NCBI GenBank assembly: GCA_035193785.1
Contig: CP136572.1
Coordinates: 96,001 to 160,000 of the forward strand
Length of the DNA: 64,000 nucleotides
Source of the DNA: Planktothrix sp. GU0601_MAG3
GTDB taxonomy: Bacteria > Cyanobacteriota > Cyanobacteriia > Cyanobacteriales > Microcoleaceae
Reading direction: 5' to 3'
A program made the position numbers and the translations under genes. Each line of letters begins with the position of its first letter. The stretch's first letter is position 1. This document shows positions 12,286 to 22,374 of this stretch, one piece after another. Under the pieces are notes generated by a model. That model was given only the letters and a program-made list of their open reading frames with translations. It was not told where the DNA came from and searched no databases.

Positions 12286-12792
12286 ATGCCGACGATTAAT
12301 TCGACCTGGGATGACTTAATTCTCCAATGTGACGGACGATATTTGACCAATGCAGAACTTAAGCCTCTGCATCAGTACGTTCAAACCTTAAATGCTCGTA
12401 CCAAAACCTATGAAGTTCTACGGGTAAAATCGGCAGGTTTAATCAAACAAACCCTGAAAAAATTCATGTTCTCCCATCCAGAAGTCATGCAAAAGCATTC
12501 AAAACGCTGTGTGTATGATATGTCAATGACGATGTGTTTGATGTCCGTGGCTTTGTTACGCGATGACCCGCACTTTTTTAAGGAATCCCTAATGTTATGG
12601 TTAGCTAATATTTTGGCAGCCCACGAAAAAAACACCCAATGTCTACAAGCCTATACCTATCTTCAAGAAACCTTGCAAGAACAATTGCCCAGTGTCTGTA
12701 ATCAATTATTAAAGCCCTATATGGACATCATTTTAGAAGTTTTAGATACCCCGCCAAAACTATTAGCCAATGTCCAAAGAAGTGGGGTTTAA
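12286..12792 (+). CDS. Divergent phycobiliprotein-like (globin-fold) protein
   Basis: DGRYLTNAEL N-terminal motif and KRCVYD resembling the bilin-binding xCxRD segment; 168 aa. Confidence 0.7.
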   Translation: MPTINSTWDDLILQCDGRYLTNAELKPLHQYVQTLNARTKTYEVLRVKSAGLIKQTLKKFMFSHPEVMQKHSKRCVYDMSMTMCLMSVALLRDDPHFFKESLMLWLANILAAHEKNTQCLQAYTYLQETLQEQLPSVCNQLLKPYMDIILEVLDTPPKLLANVQRSGV

Positions 12793-12910
12793 TCCAGATT
12801 TTTTCATAGAACATAATATCGGGGTGTTATTTGATTTCAAGCTACTGAACATTTCATCGCCAACCACTCCAACTTAACTTTGAGTATTGATGCACACAGG
12901 AGTTTAATTT

Positions 12911-13708
12911 ATGTCCCTAACTCAACCGGTTACAACTCACCATGACGCTTCCCCCGAAGAACGAGGGTTTGTTTTAAAACAAATTTATCAGCAAGTAATA
13001 GAACGTCAACTTTATGAGTTTGAACATAAGCAACTTGCGGATTTAGAAAAAGATTTTATCAAGGGAAAAATCGGGATTCGACATTTTTTAAAAAGTCTGG
13101 CGGTTCGTTCTGTCTATTTAGAGAATTTTCACGAGAATAGCTCTAATATGAAATTCATTGAAAATGCTTGTAAACATTTTTTGGGACGAGCACCGAGAAA
13201 TAATGAAGAAATTCAGAAATGGGATGATATTTTAGTTCGCCGTGGTGTTGGTGTACTGGTTTCAGAGATGGTAGACTCCGAGGAATATCGCAAATCCTTT
13301 GGTTATTTTACCGTTCCCTATTGGCATGAACACCGTTATGAATCCGCGAGTGAATATATTGAAAATGAACGTTTAGGCCATGAACACCCAGGGCAAAGAG
13401 GCTGGGCAATTCCTAACCATTATCAACATGAATTACACATTGATTGTGATGGGGGAACCTGTGTAAGAGAGGAGGATAAATTAGCTGTTCAACCTGCACA
13501 AACTACCCCAGAAGTATTGGAATTAAGTGCGGAGACAAAGATTATACCCAGACATATTCAACGGCTATCAGCTTGTGTTAAAGAAATTACAGATATTCTC
13601 TCCCTGTATCCCCAACCTGTGAGTCAAAAAGAGATCGAAACTGACCTTCAACAAAAAGTGTTAGAGTATGTCAGTGCTGGTAATGCCAGTTTACTATTTA
13701 AAAATTAA
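12911..13708 (+). CDS. Phycobilisome linker-domain protein with non-canonical C-terminus
   Basis: IYQQVIER, IRHFLKSLA, KHFLGRAP, DSEEY..FG..TVPY linker motifs. Confidence 0.85.
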   Translation: MSLTQPVTTHHDASPEERGFVLKQIYQQVIERQLYEFEHKQLADLEKDFIKGKIGIRHFLKSLAVRSVYLENFHENSSNMKFIENACKHFLGRAPRNNEEIQKWDDILVRRGVGVLVSEMVDSEEYRKSFGYFTVPYWHEHRYESASEYIENERLGHEHPGQRGWAIPNHYQHELHIDCDGGTCVREEDKLAVQPAQTTPEVLELSAETKIIPRHIQRLSACVKEITDILSLYPQPVSQKEIETDLQQKVLEYVSAGNASLLFKN

Positions 13709-13844
13709 AACCCGGGTGGGTAGCCCCCACCTTTGATTTTTATATAGCAATATATAGCAAGAGGGAATAGGGAATAGGGAATAGGCAATGGGCAATAGGT
13801 AAATACTTACTAAATCAAGTAAAAATTGATTTAAGTTTAATATT

Positions 13845-14207
13845 ATGCTAATTAATCAATATCTCCATGCGGCAATTTTAGTGTCGGATTTAGAAAAATC
13901 AGAACATTTTTATAGTCAAGTTTTGGGCTTAAAAAAAGTTGAACGTCCGTTAAATTTTCCCGGAATTTGGTATCAAATTGGGGAGTTTCAAATCCATTTA
14001 ATTCAAGCTGAAACTGTTATTAAGGATCAAGTTGATTCTCAAAAATGGGGAAGAAATCGACACTTGGCTTTTTCTGTTGATAATTTAGAAGAAGCCAAAC
14101 AACAACTGATGGTTAATCATTGTTCAATTCAAATGAGTGCTTCCGGTCGGGCTGCATTGTTTACAAAAGACCCCGACGGCAATATTATTGAATTAAATGA
14201 ACCATGA
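13845..14207 (+). CDS. VOC/glyoxalase family protein
   Basis: HAAILVSDLEKS..FY, HLAFSV, DPDGNIIEL. Confidence 0.9.
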   Translation: MLINQYLHAAILVSDLEKSEHFYSQVLGLKKVERPLNFPGIWYQIGEFQIHLIQAETVIKDQVDSQKWGRNRHLAFSVDNLEEAKQQLMVNHCSIQMSASGRAALFTKDPDGNIIELNEP

Positions 14208-15500
14208 AAATTATTGCCTATTCTTATACCGATCCCTTGTTTGAACAGCCTCCTGATCGAATGATTTGGGGATGGGAAGTAGATCGGGTATATCAAGATT
14301 TAGGGGGAAGACAGGAAACTCGCAGACCTGTTAAAAGATTGTAATTTAGAAGCACCGGATTATTTATTAATTCGACGGTTAGAGGAGTTGGGAAATTCGG
14401 TTTTAGAGGTGGGCGATCGCTTACAACAGTTGGAATCCTTCCAGATTAATATTATTGCCATTGAGTCGGATTTTAATACCTCCGTGGGCAAAATTAATCG
14501 CTCTGATTTAATCGAATTATTTCTGGAAATTCAAAATCGCCAACGCAGTCGTCGCATTTGTCACGGACACGCTAAAAATAGAATTAAAGCCTTACCTCCC
14601 CCGGGAAAAGCTCCCTATGGATATCGACGGGGAAAAGAACGTTATATCTTAGATCGGAGTGTTTCACCGATTGTTAAAGAGTTTTTTGATCGGTTTTTAA
14701 TTTATGGATCTTTGCGGGGTGCGGTGCGGTATTTAGAAAAACGTTATGGGAAAAAAATATCTGTAACAACGGGCAGAAGATGGTTAACAAATCCCGTTTA
14801 TCGAGGAGATTTAGCATATAAAAATGGGGAAATTATTTCTAATACCCATATTGCAATTATTTCCCGGGATGAAGCCGCCCAGGTAGATCGATTATTACGG
14901 CGAAATCAACAACTTCCTCCTCGGACAGCCAGTGCGCCACGTTCTTTGGCGGGGTTGGTTATCTGTGGAGAATGTCAATCTTTAATGACCGTTGCACGGG
15001 TCACCACCTATCGCCAAGAAAGGGAATATTTATATTTACGTCCGATAAATTGTCCGAGAAATTTTAAGTGTAAAGCATTATCTTATGAAAGGGGATTAGA
15101 GTTAACAATTGAACGTATTTGTCAAGATTTACCCCAGGCGGTGGCGGGTTTAAATTTACCGGATTTGGAGAGTATCAAACGGTTTATTATGGAGGAGATT
15201 CATCAAAAACAAGAGATTTTATTACAAATTCCAGATTTATTAACTTCTGGGATATTAGATTTAGAAACAGCAGATTTAAGAAGTTATAAACTGCGAGTAG
15301 AAATTTCTCAGTTACAAGGAAAGTTGGCTGAACTTCCCCCGGTTAATTTAAAAGAAACGGCGCGGGCGGTATGTATTCCGCAGTTTTGGTTAGATTTATC
15401 TGAAACGGAAAGAAGGTTTTATTTTAGAGAATTTATTAAAACAATTGAAATTATTAGAGATGGGGATAATTGGGAATTAAAAGTAATTTTTATTTTTTAA
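14204..15500 (+). CDS. Large serine recombinase-family protein with degenerate catalytic domain, frameshift near 14316
   Basis: ATGA overlap with the VOC gene; GKAPYGY, LTNPVYRG, HIAII, LAGLVICGEC Zn ribbon, coiled coil. Confidence 0.85.
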
Positions 15501-16526
15501 TTAGACTTTAACACAATATTTATTTCTTCCTTTTTCTTTGGCTTCATAAAGTGCTTGGTCGGTAATTTCTAATAAATGTTCAGCCGATGTATCCGGTCGG
15601 GGAATTTGACAGGATATACCAATACTGACGGTAACAACAGAATTAACCATTGAATAGTTATGATCAATTCTTAGTTTTTGAACTTCCTCCTGGATGTTTT
15701 GAGCCACTTTCAGCGCTCCTTGTAAATCCGTATTTGGTAGAATAATTGCAAATTCTTCTCCACCATAACGGGCAACTAAATCCTGGGTATTACTCACTGA
15801 TCTATCAAGGGCTTGGGCTACTAATTTTAGACAAATATCTCCGGCGGGATGTCCATAATTATCATTATAATTTTTAAAAAAATCTAAATCACATAACAGT
15901 AGAGAAAGAGGTTGTTGTTCCTCAAGCATTTGTTTCCAAGTGTCAGCAAAATATTCATCAAAATGACGACGGTTAGCGAGGGTTGTTAAACTATCATAGG
16001 ACGCTAAATTTTGTAATTGACGATTAACTGTTTGTAAATTTTCTTCCGCTTGTTGACGAATTTGAACTTCTTTTTCTAATTGGCTATTTTGTTGTAACAG
16101 TTTTTGATGTTGTTCCATAAGTTTCTTTTTTAAGTCACAAATAGTCAACTGATTTTTGACCCTAGCCAAAACCTCATCCACTTTAAAAGGTTTGGTAATA
16201 TAATCCACCCCTCCCGCAGAAAAAGCCTGCATAATATCCTCAATCTGATTCAGTGCACTAATAAAAATCACCGGGATATCATAGGTTTCTAAATTTGATT
16301 TTAGCTGACGACATAACTCATACCCATTGATACCCGGCATCCGAATATCTAATAAAATTAAATCCGGTTTTAGACTCTCAATGGCTATCAGTGCCATGGA
16401 CGCATTCAGAGCTTTACGAACATAATAGCCCTGTTGATTTAACAAGGCAGATAAAACTCGAATATTATCGGGTTCATCATCCACAATCAGCAAATTGTTA
16501 TGAGAACCAATATTATCTTGATTCAT
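15501..16526 (-). CDS. Response regulator diguanylate cyclase (REC-GGDEF)
   Basis: IVDDEP, LLDIRMP, ARYGGEEF. Confidence 0.93.
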   Translation of the reverse strand: MNQDNIGSHNNLLIVDDEPDNIRVLSALLNQQGYYVRKALNASMALIAIESLKPDLILLDIRMPGINGYELCRQLKSNLETYDIPVIFISALNQIEDIMQAFSAGGVDYITKPFKVDEVLARVKNQLTICDLKKKLMEQHQKLLQQNSQLEKEVQIRQQAEENLQTVNRQLQNLASYDSLTTLANRRHFDEYFADTWKQMLEEQQPLSLLLCDLDFFKNYNDNYGHPAGDICLKLVAQALDRSVSNTQDLVARYGGEEFAIILPNTDLQGALKVAQNIQEEVQKLRIDHNYSMVNSVVTVSIGISCQIPRPDTSAEHLLEITDQALYEAKEKGRNKYCVKV

Positions 16527-16529
16527 GGT

Positions 16530-18326
16530 TTACCACTGGGGAGTTGAGGACAAAAACTTAATCAATTGTTCTCCGGGTAGAGGTTTGGCAAAGAAATATC
16601 CCTGACCAAATCCACAGTCTAATTCCCTGAGTATTTCCAATTGATTAACTAATTCAATGCCTTCAGCCACGACATTCATATTCATGGTTTTAGCTAAACT
16701 AATAATCACGGGAATTAAGCCGATATTTTCCGATTCTAGGTTCAGTCTTTGGACGAAGGATTTATCGATTTTTAGGGTATCAACGGGAAAAGAATGCAGA
16801 TAACTCAGGGAGGAATAACCCGTACCAAAATCATCAATACTAATTAAAATACGACGTTTTCTGAGTTCTTTGAGAATAGTAGTAACGTGCTTATGATTGT
16901 CCATAATTGCACTTTCAGTAATTTCTAGTTTTAAACAGTCGGGAGAAAGTTGACTATCCTCTAAAACTTGATCAATTTGTTCTAATAAATTCGGTTGAGC
17001 AAACTGTTTTACGGATAAATTAACACTGACAAATAAATTCGGGTCTATTAAATCTTGTTTTTGCCAAGTCCGCAGTTGATGACAAGATTCTGATAAAACC
17101 CAATAGCCAATAGCAGTAATTAAACCGGTTTCTTCAGCAATGGGAATAAATAGATTAGGTGCCACTAACCCCCGTTTGGGATGCAGCCATCTAACTAATG
17201 CTTCAAACCCGGCAATTTTGCCTGTATTTAAAGAGATAATTGGTTGATAATGAACAACTAATTCCTCTTGTTCAATACCTCGACGCAAATCCGTTTCTAA
17301 CTGTAATCTTTGTAAGGCTGCGGTGTGCATTGCCGGATTAAACAGATGATATTGTCCTTTGCCTAGGGCTTTTGCTCGGTACATCGCCGTATCTGCGTCT
17401 CGGAGTAAATGTTCCGGTTCGTTATATTCACAATTCCCGATGACAATACCAATACTTGCATTAATAAAAATCTCGTGTCGTTCTAGGTTAAAGGGTTGAG
17501 AAAAACACTGTAAAATCTGATCTGCTAGTGTATTTACATCATGAAAGTTGGGAATTTCTGTTAATAAAATTGCGAATTCATCGCCCCCCAAACGAGCTAA
17601 TGTATTTTGGGGTTTCACATAACAGCTAAGACGATGAGCAATTAAAATTAAGAGTTCATCCCCGACTATATGACCCAGGGAATCATTCACTACTTTAAAG
17701 CGATCGCAATCTAAAAATAACACCGCAAACTGATAGTTTGGCTCGGCTTTCGCTAGATGAATGGAGCGGCGTAAATCCGTCATCAATAAAGCTCGATTGG
17801 GTAAACCCGTCAAGGAATCATGCAGTGCCATTTCTAATAGTTGGGTGTTGGCTGCTTCTAGTTCCTGAGTCCGTTGCTTAACCCGGGCTTCTAATTCCGC
17901 ATTCAAGATCCGAATCTCTAATTCTGCGGCTCTTAAAGCCAATTGATTTTGAACTCGGATTAAGACTTCTTCAAACTGAAAGGGTTTGGTAATATAGTCT
18001 ACCCCCCCGACTTGAAAGCCTTTAACCTTATCGAGAACATCATCTAATGCACTCAAAAAAATAATCGGAATGGTGGAGGTGTTAGCATCCGCTTTTAAGT
18101 GTTGGCAAACCTCATAACCATCCATCTCCGGCATCATAATATCTAGGAGAATTAAGTCGGGAGCAACGGTTTTAGCCGCCGTTAATGCCATCGGCCCACT
18201 CAAGGCTTTACGCACATTGTATCCCTGACGAGTCAACATTCGGGACAATAAATGCAGGTTATCCGGGGTGTCATCAACGATGAGAATATCTTCCGTCTTT
18301 GTGGGATCAAGGTTATAGTGATTCAT
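16530..18326 (-). CDS. REC-GGDEF-EAL protein
   Basis: LLDIMMP, RLGGDEF, FEALVRW, DDFGTGYSSL. Confidence 0.94.
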   Translation of the reverse strand: MNHYNLDPTKTEDILIVDDTPDNLHLLSRMLTRQGYNVRKALSGPMALTAAKTVAPDLILLDIMMPEMDGYEVCQHLKADANTSTIPIIFLSALDDVLDKVKGFQVGGVDYITKPFQFEEVLIRVQNQLALRAAELEIRILNAELEARVKQRTQELEAANTQLLEMALHDSLTGLPNRALLMTDLRRSIHLAKAEPNYQFAVLFLDCDRFKVVNDSLGHIVGDELLILIAHRLSCYVKPQNTLARLGGDEFAILLTEIPNFHDVNTLADQILQCFSQPFNLERHEIFINASIGIVIGNCEYNEPEHLLRDADTAMYRAKALGKGQYHLFNPAMHTAALQRLQLETDLRRGIEQEELVVHYQPIISLNTGKIAGFEALVRWLHPKRGLVAPNLFIPIAEETGLITAIGYWVLSESCHQLRTWQKQDLIDPNLFVSVNLSVKQFAQPNLLEQIDQVLEDSQLSPDCLKLEITESAIMDNHKHVTTILKELRKRRILISIDDFGTGYSSLSYLHSFPVDTLKIDKSFVQRLNLESENIGLIPVIISLAKTMNMNVVAEGIELVNQLEILRELDCGFGQGYFFAKPLPGEQLIKFLSSTPQW

Positions 18327-18579
18327 TTGGCAATCAGATAAGATGGGGAATGGATTTAGGGCACAGCTAAATTACTACAGGCGGCGAATCAAGACCCATG
18401 TTGATTGTTCTTGCTAGTATGGGGTGGAGTTTTTCTGGTAGCGACGGTATCAGGTATCGTTTTTGATCATCCTTCATATCAAAACATAATTTGCGATCAT
18501 AACATTTTATTGCTATTTAACTCAAGCCCGTTGAGTTGTGATCCGATTAACATTTGTCTAAGGGTTTATCAAAACAATA

Positions 18580-20191
18580 TTAATCGGGAAGGCAGACTTC
18601 TGACTGCTCTTTTTTCTGCTCTTGCTGTTGAATTTTAGGTAACTTGAAAAGTACACCAACTAAAAACCAATAATAAACCGCCACCGGATCGGTATCCAGA
18701 GGATACCAGTAGGGATTATAGCTGATTAAAACAATAAAAATCCAGAAAATAATTCCATAGCCCCATAGACTATGATCCTGTAGTTGATGATAGGATTTAA
18801 ACCCTAAAACCGTAATATTAGTTACTAAAAACAGGAAAGCAGCCACTCCAAATGGCCCAATTTCATAGAACAATTTAGGATAATAGGCTTCAATCAATTG
18901 GGTTTTTCCTAACCCTCGGGCTGAAGTTGTGGCTTCCCCTAAACCATTACCTAAAAAGCCTCGATGGGCCTTCAAACTAAAGTTAGTTTGCTTAGTTAAA
19001 AATACCGCCGGAGGATCGGCATTCCAACGTCCAATAAAGTTATCGACTCGCTCGGTCATAACTTCGGGTACGATAATCCAGGTTTCCCACCATAAACACA
19101 ACCATCCCTAAAACAATCACCAAAATTCGCTTAATTCTGGAAATGTGACTGGTGGCAACCAGCAGTAAAATCACAATCGATGGGGCGGCTAAAAGGGCTG
19201 TTCTTTGACCGGAAACAATGGCATTTAGTATCACTAAAGCTAAGGTGACTAAACCCATTAAACGCCAGCGTAATTTAGGATCACTAAAGGATGTGGCAAA
19301 ACAGAAAAACGTACTGGAAACTAAAAACCAAGCCCAATGCCAGGGGGCAACAAAGGTTCCCGGTAAACGAATAAAATTCTCTGCGGGTAAATAGCCTAAA
19401 GCACCCCCGACCAAACATTTGCGCTGCACATTTGCCCTCAATAATAAATGTTCGGGTAAACCCGTATTATCAGGACAGTATCCGGTAATAACTAATCCAA
19501 ATTGAATTAATCCTAAGACGCAGCAAATTAAGATTACAATTATTTGTAAGCGAGTAAAAAATTCCAGATCTTGACGATGGCGAATTAGATAATAACCACA
19601 GGTGATCAGGGGAATATATCCCATTAAAACCTTTAAGCCAAAGATTCCTACGGCAAAGGGTTGATTATCAGGGGTGGCGTGTTTTTGTAGGACACCATTA
19701 ACCGCAATCAAGGTGATGATCGCAATGACAAATAAAATTAACAGAGGAATTTTAAGTTGTGGGGGATTAATCAGGGGTAACTTTTTTTTCCTTAATTCCA
19801 CAACCAAACCGATTAAGGCGGGAATATATAGCCCATCCTTGGCTAAATGAAATAGAAAATGATCGTTACCTACCCAATAGGAAATCGTCCCGGCAAAGGG
19901 TAAATAAATTAAAAATGCCCATAATCCTTGGCGGGGATAGCGCCAACAAAGCGCCACGATGATCACCAGCAAAGTGATCAGAATGACGGTAATTACACTC
20001 AACCCATTGGCGAACAGCAACAGTCCGACTAACAATCCTAGGGCGCTGACGATGCCCAAAAACCGCAAAAAATCCGATCTCGTGGGGGAGATATCTTCAC
20101 TCTCAATAACGGGATGGGGGGTATCCTGAACTTCAGAGTCATTCTGACCCTGAAGTGATGATTTTTGCGGGGGGATGTGGAAGTTGGACAT
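18580..20191 (-). CDS. hpsL: Hormogonium polysaccharide biosynthesis protein HpsL-like (O-antigen ligase-like membrane protein), frameshift near 19085
   Basis: FLIYLPFAGT, FHLAKD, IRLPGTFVAPWHW, GNGLGEAT, YPLDTDPVAVYYW. Confidence 0.8.
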
Positions 20192-20205
20192 CAGAATTTA
20201 ATTAA

Positions 20206-20433
20206 TTATTTCCAACCTTCAGAAATTTCGACTTCCCAAAGTTCCTGTACTCGCCGTTGCTGAACAGAGGAAAGTTGTTCAAAGGCTTGCATAATCTCTA
20301 AATGGGTATGATTAATAATCAAAGCTGTCAGTTCACCCACGGTTTCAGCTTGTGATAAAGCTAATTGCAACATTTGAGTTTCCAGAGTTGTCAGGTTCAG
20401 GTTGTTTTCTAAAGTTAAAAGTGTTGTTGCCAT
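20206..20433 (-). CDS. Small hypothetical protein
   Basis: 75-aa ORF co-oriented between MAPEG and hpsL. Confidence 0.6.
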   Translation of the reverse strand: MATTLLTLENNLNLTTLETQMLQLALSQAETVGELTALIINHTHLEIMQAFEQLSSVQQRRVQELWEVEISEGWK

Positions 20434-20438
20434 CGGAT

Positions 20439-20880
20439 TTAAAACAAAGAATTACAGAATATTGAAACCAGGGGTGATTTTACTGCTGAAATTAGCGAGA
20501 GAACCACTCCAACTATAGCACCACCCAAAAGGGTAAAGGTTACGAGGGAACTAATTCCAAACCCCAACCTCCGCTTTTCTGCTGCTTGGTAATATCCCCA
20601 GGCAAATAAAATTCTTCCAATTACCCAAACTCCCCCTAAACCCCCAGCCCAAATCGGACTAATCCATTCAGAAAATAACCATAAAGTTGGAAGAAATAAA
20701 ACTAATTGTTTCTAGGGTATTTTGTTGGACTCTGACCACCCGCTCAAAATTTTCGTCTCCGGTCATTTGAGGGGGCATAATTTTGTATTTGATTCGGGCA
20801 CGTCCGACATTAATCGTCACGACCAAATACAACACTAGGGCACAAATTGTAACCAAACTGGGCCAAATTGACATGGACAT
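20439..20880 (-). CDS. MAPEG family membrane protein, frameshift near 20705
   Basis: VGRAR.KYKI.PP...G...FER..RVQQNTLE; continuation GRILFAWGYYQAAEKR in another frame. Confidence 0.88.
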
Positions 20881-21054
20881 CTATTTTCTTTGATTCAGTA
20901 CATCAACCTTTCCTATCCTACACCCGATTCCCAACCTCGGGGGTGAGAGGAAGGTCACACAGGTTTGTGATCAAAAATTTAGCCTCCACCCCTCAATTCC
21001 CCTAAACAGCAAGACTTCAATACTGCGGTCTTTGCCACCAGTCCATTGCCTGTT

Positions 21055-21070
21055 TGTGATCTCAATCACC
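21055..21070. promoter_or_regulatory. Putative CRP (SyCRP1-type) site
   Basis: TGTGA-TCTCAA-TCACC, 9 of 10 match to TGTGA-N6-TCACA, between divergent MAPEG and GGDEF genes. Confidence 0.5.
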
Positions 21071-21219
21071 TATAAATAGTGCTATCAGTCACATTTGATC
21101 TGACCTGTTCGTCACCTCAAGGGTTTCAAACTATCACAGGTTTATCCAAGCTCTATCACTGCGAGTCAAAACCAAACATTAGATACTTGGGTCAGTCGGA
21201 ACTAACAGATTAGGTCAAA

Positions 21220-22246
21220 ATGCTGAACTTCAATATCCCAGGTTGCATACCCGCCATGAATCAAAGTCAATTAAAGCCCTATATTATTGTTGTGATTGAG
21301 GAAACCAACTTATTCAATTTTAGATCATTTGTTAACTTATTGAACCAACTTAACTTAAATTTTGTGATTTCTCCCGATCCAGAAAGTGCTATTTTTCATG
21401 CTGAATATAGTAATCCTGATATTATTATCATTCCTTTTGACCCTAAGCAAGCTACTGCCCAAGAAACGCATCGACAATTAAAACAGGCAAAAATTACTCA
21501 AAATGTTCCCTTACTGTGGATGAATAGTTATTCGGAAATGAACAACCAAAACCCCAGCTCCTTAGCTACAACTTTTAATGCTTTAAATCCGTTTATAAAT
21601 TTTAAAACTTCCCAGGATAGTTTATCGCCTGATATCACCATTAAAACCCTAAAAAACCAAGTTAAACTTCAGCAGGAATTACTGATCAAGTTACAGGCTG
21701 AAAACCAACAACTTAAGCGTTTAGCTACCCTGGATGATTTAACTCAAGTGGCGAACCGCCGTCAGTTTTATACCTATTTACAAGAACAATGGCAATCCTA
21801 TGAACGGGGTTATCTTTCAATGATTTTATGTGATGTGGATTTTTTTAAGTTTTATAATGATACCTACGGTCATTTGGCTGGGGATTATTGCTTACAAAGA
21901 ATTGCTAATGCCATTGAAAGTGCTGTCAAAAAAGTTAGGGAATCCAAACCCTATTTAGTAGCTCGTTATGGCGGAGAGGAATTTGCAGTTATTTTACCCC
22001 ATGTCGATATCGAAAATGCTCGAAAAATTGCGGAGGAAATTCAACTTCAAATCCGTTCTCTACAAATTCCCCATCTTTCATCCCCGATTAGTTCTGTAGT
22101 TACCAATAGTTTCCGGTGTTGCTTGTGCTATTCCTGGGGATCAATCCCATATCCAAGAGTTGATTAGTGCCGCAGATAAAGCCATGTACCAGGCAAAATT
22201 TCAAGGGCGTGACCAAGTGCGGGTGGCTCCTGAAATTATTGAATAA
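21220..22246 (+). CDS. Diguanylate cyclase with degenerate receiver-like N-terminus, frameshift near 22110
   Basis: DDLTQVANRR, ARYGGEEF; continuation LISAADKAMYQAK..GRD. Confidence 0.88.
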
Positions 22247-22266
22247 GTGAGGAATGGGGGATGGGT

Positions 22267-22350
22267 AATTACGAATTACGAATTACGAATTACGAATTAC
22301 GAATTACGAATTACGAATTACGAATTACGAATTACGAATTACGAATTACG
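22267..22350. repeat. Heptamer tandem repeat (AATTACG)x12
   Basis: Read directly; lies between convergent genes. Confidence 0.95.
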
Positions 22351-22374
22351 AATGGGTAATGTGCTGACAACTGA

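Noticed and set aside
14204..15500. Prophage or excision element anchored on the recombinase
   Set aside because: No phage genes, att-like repeats or interrupted target gene were seen, and the catalytic motifs are degenerate.
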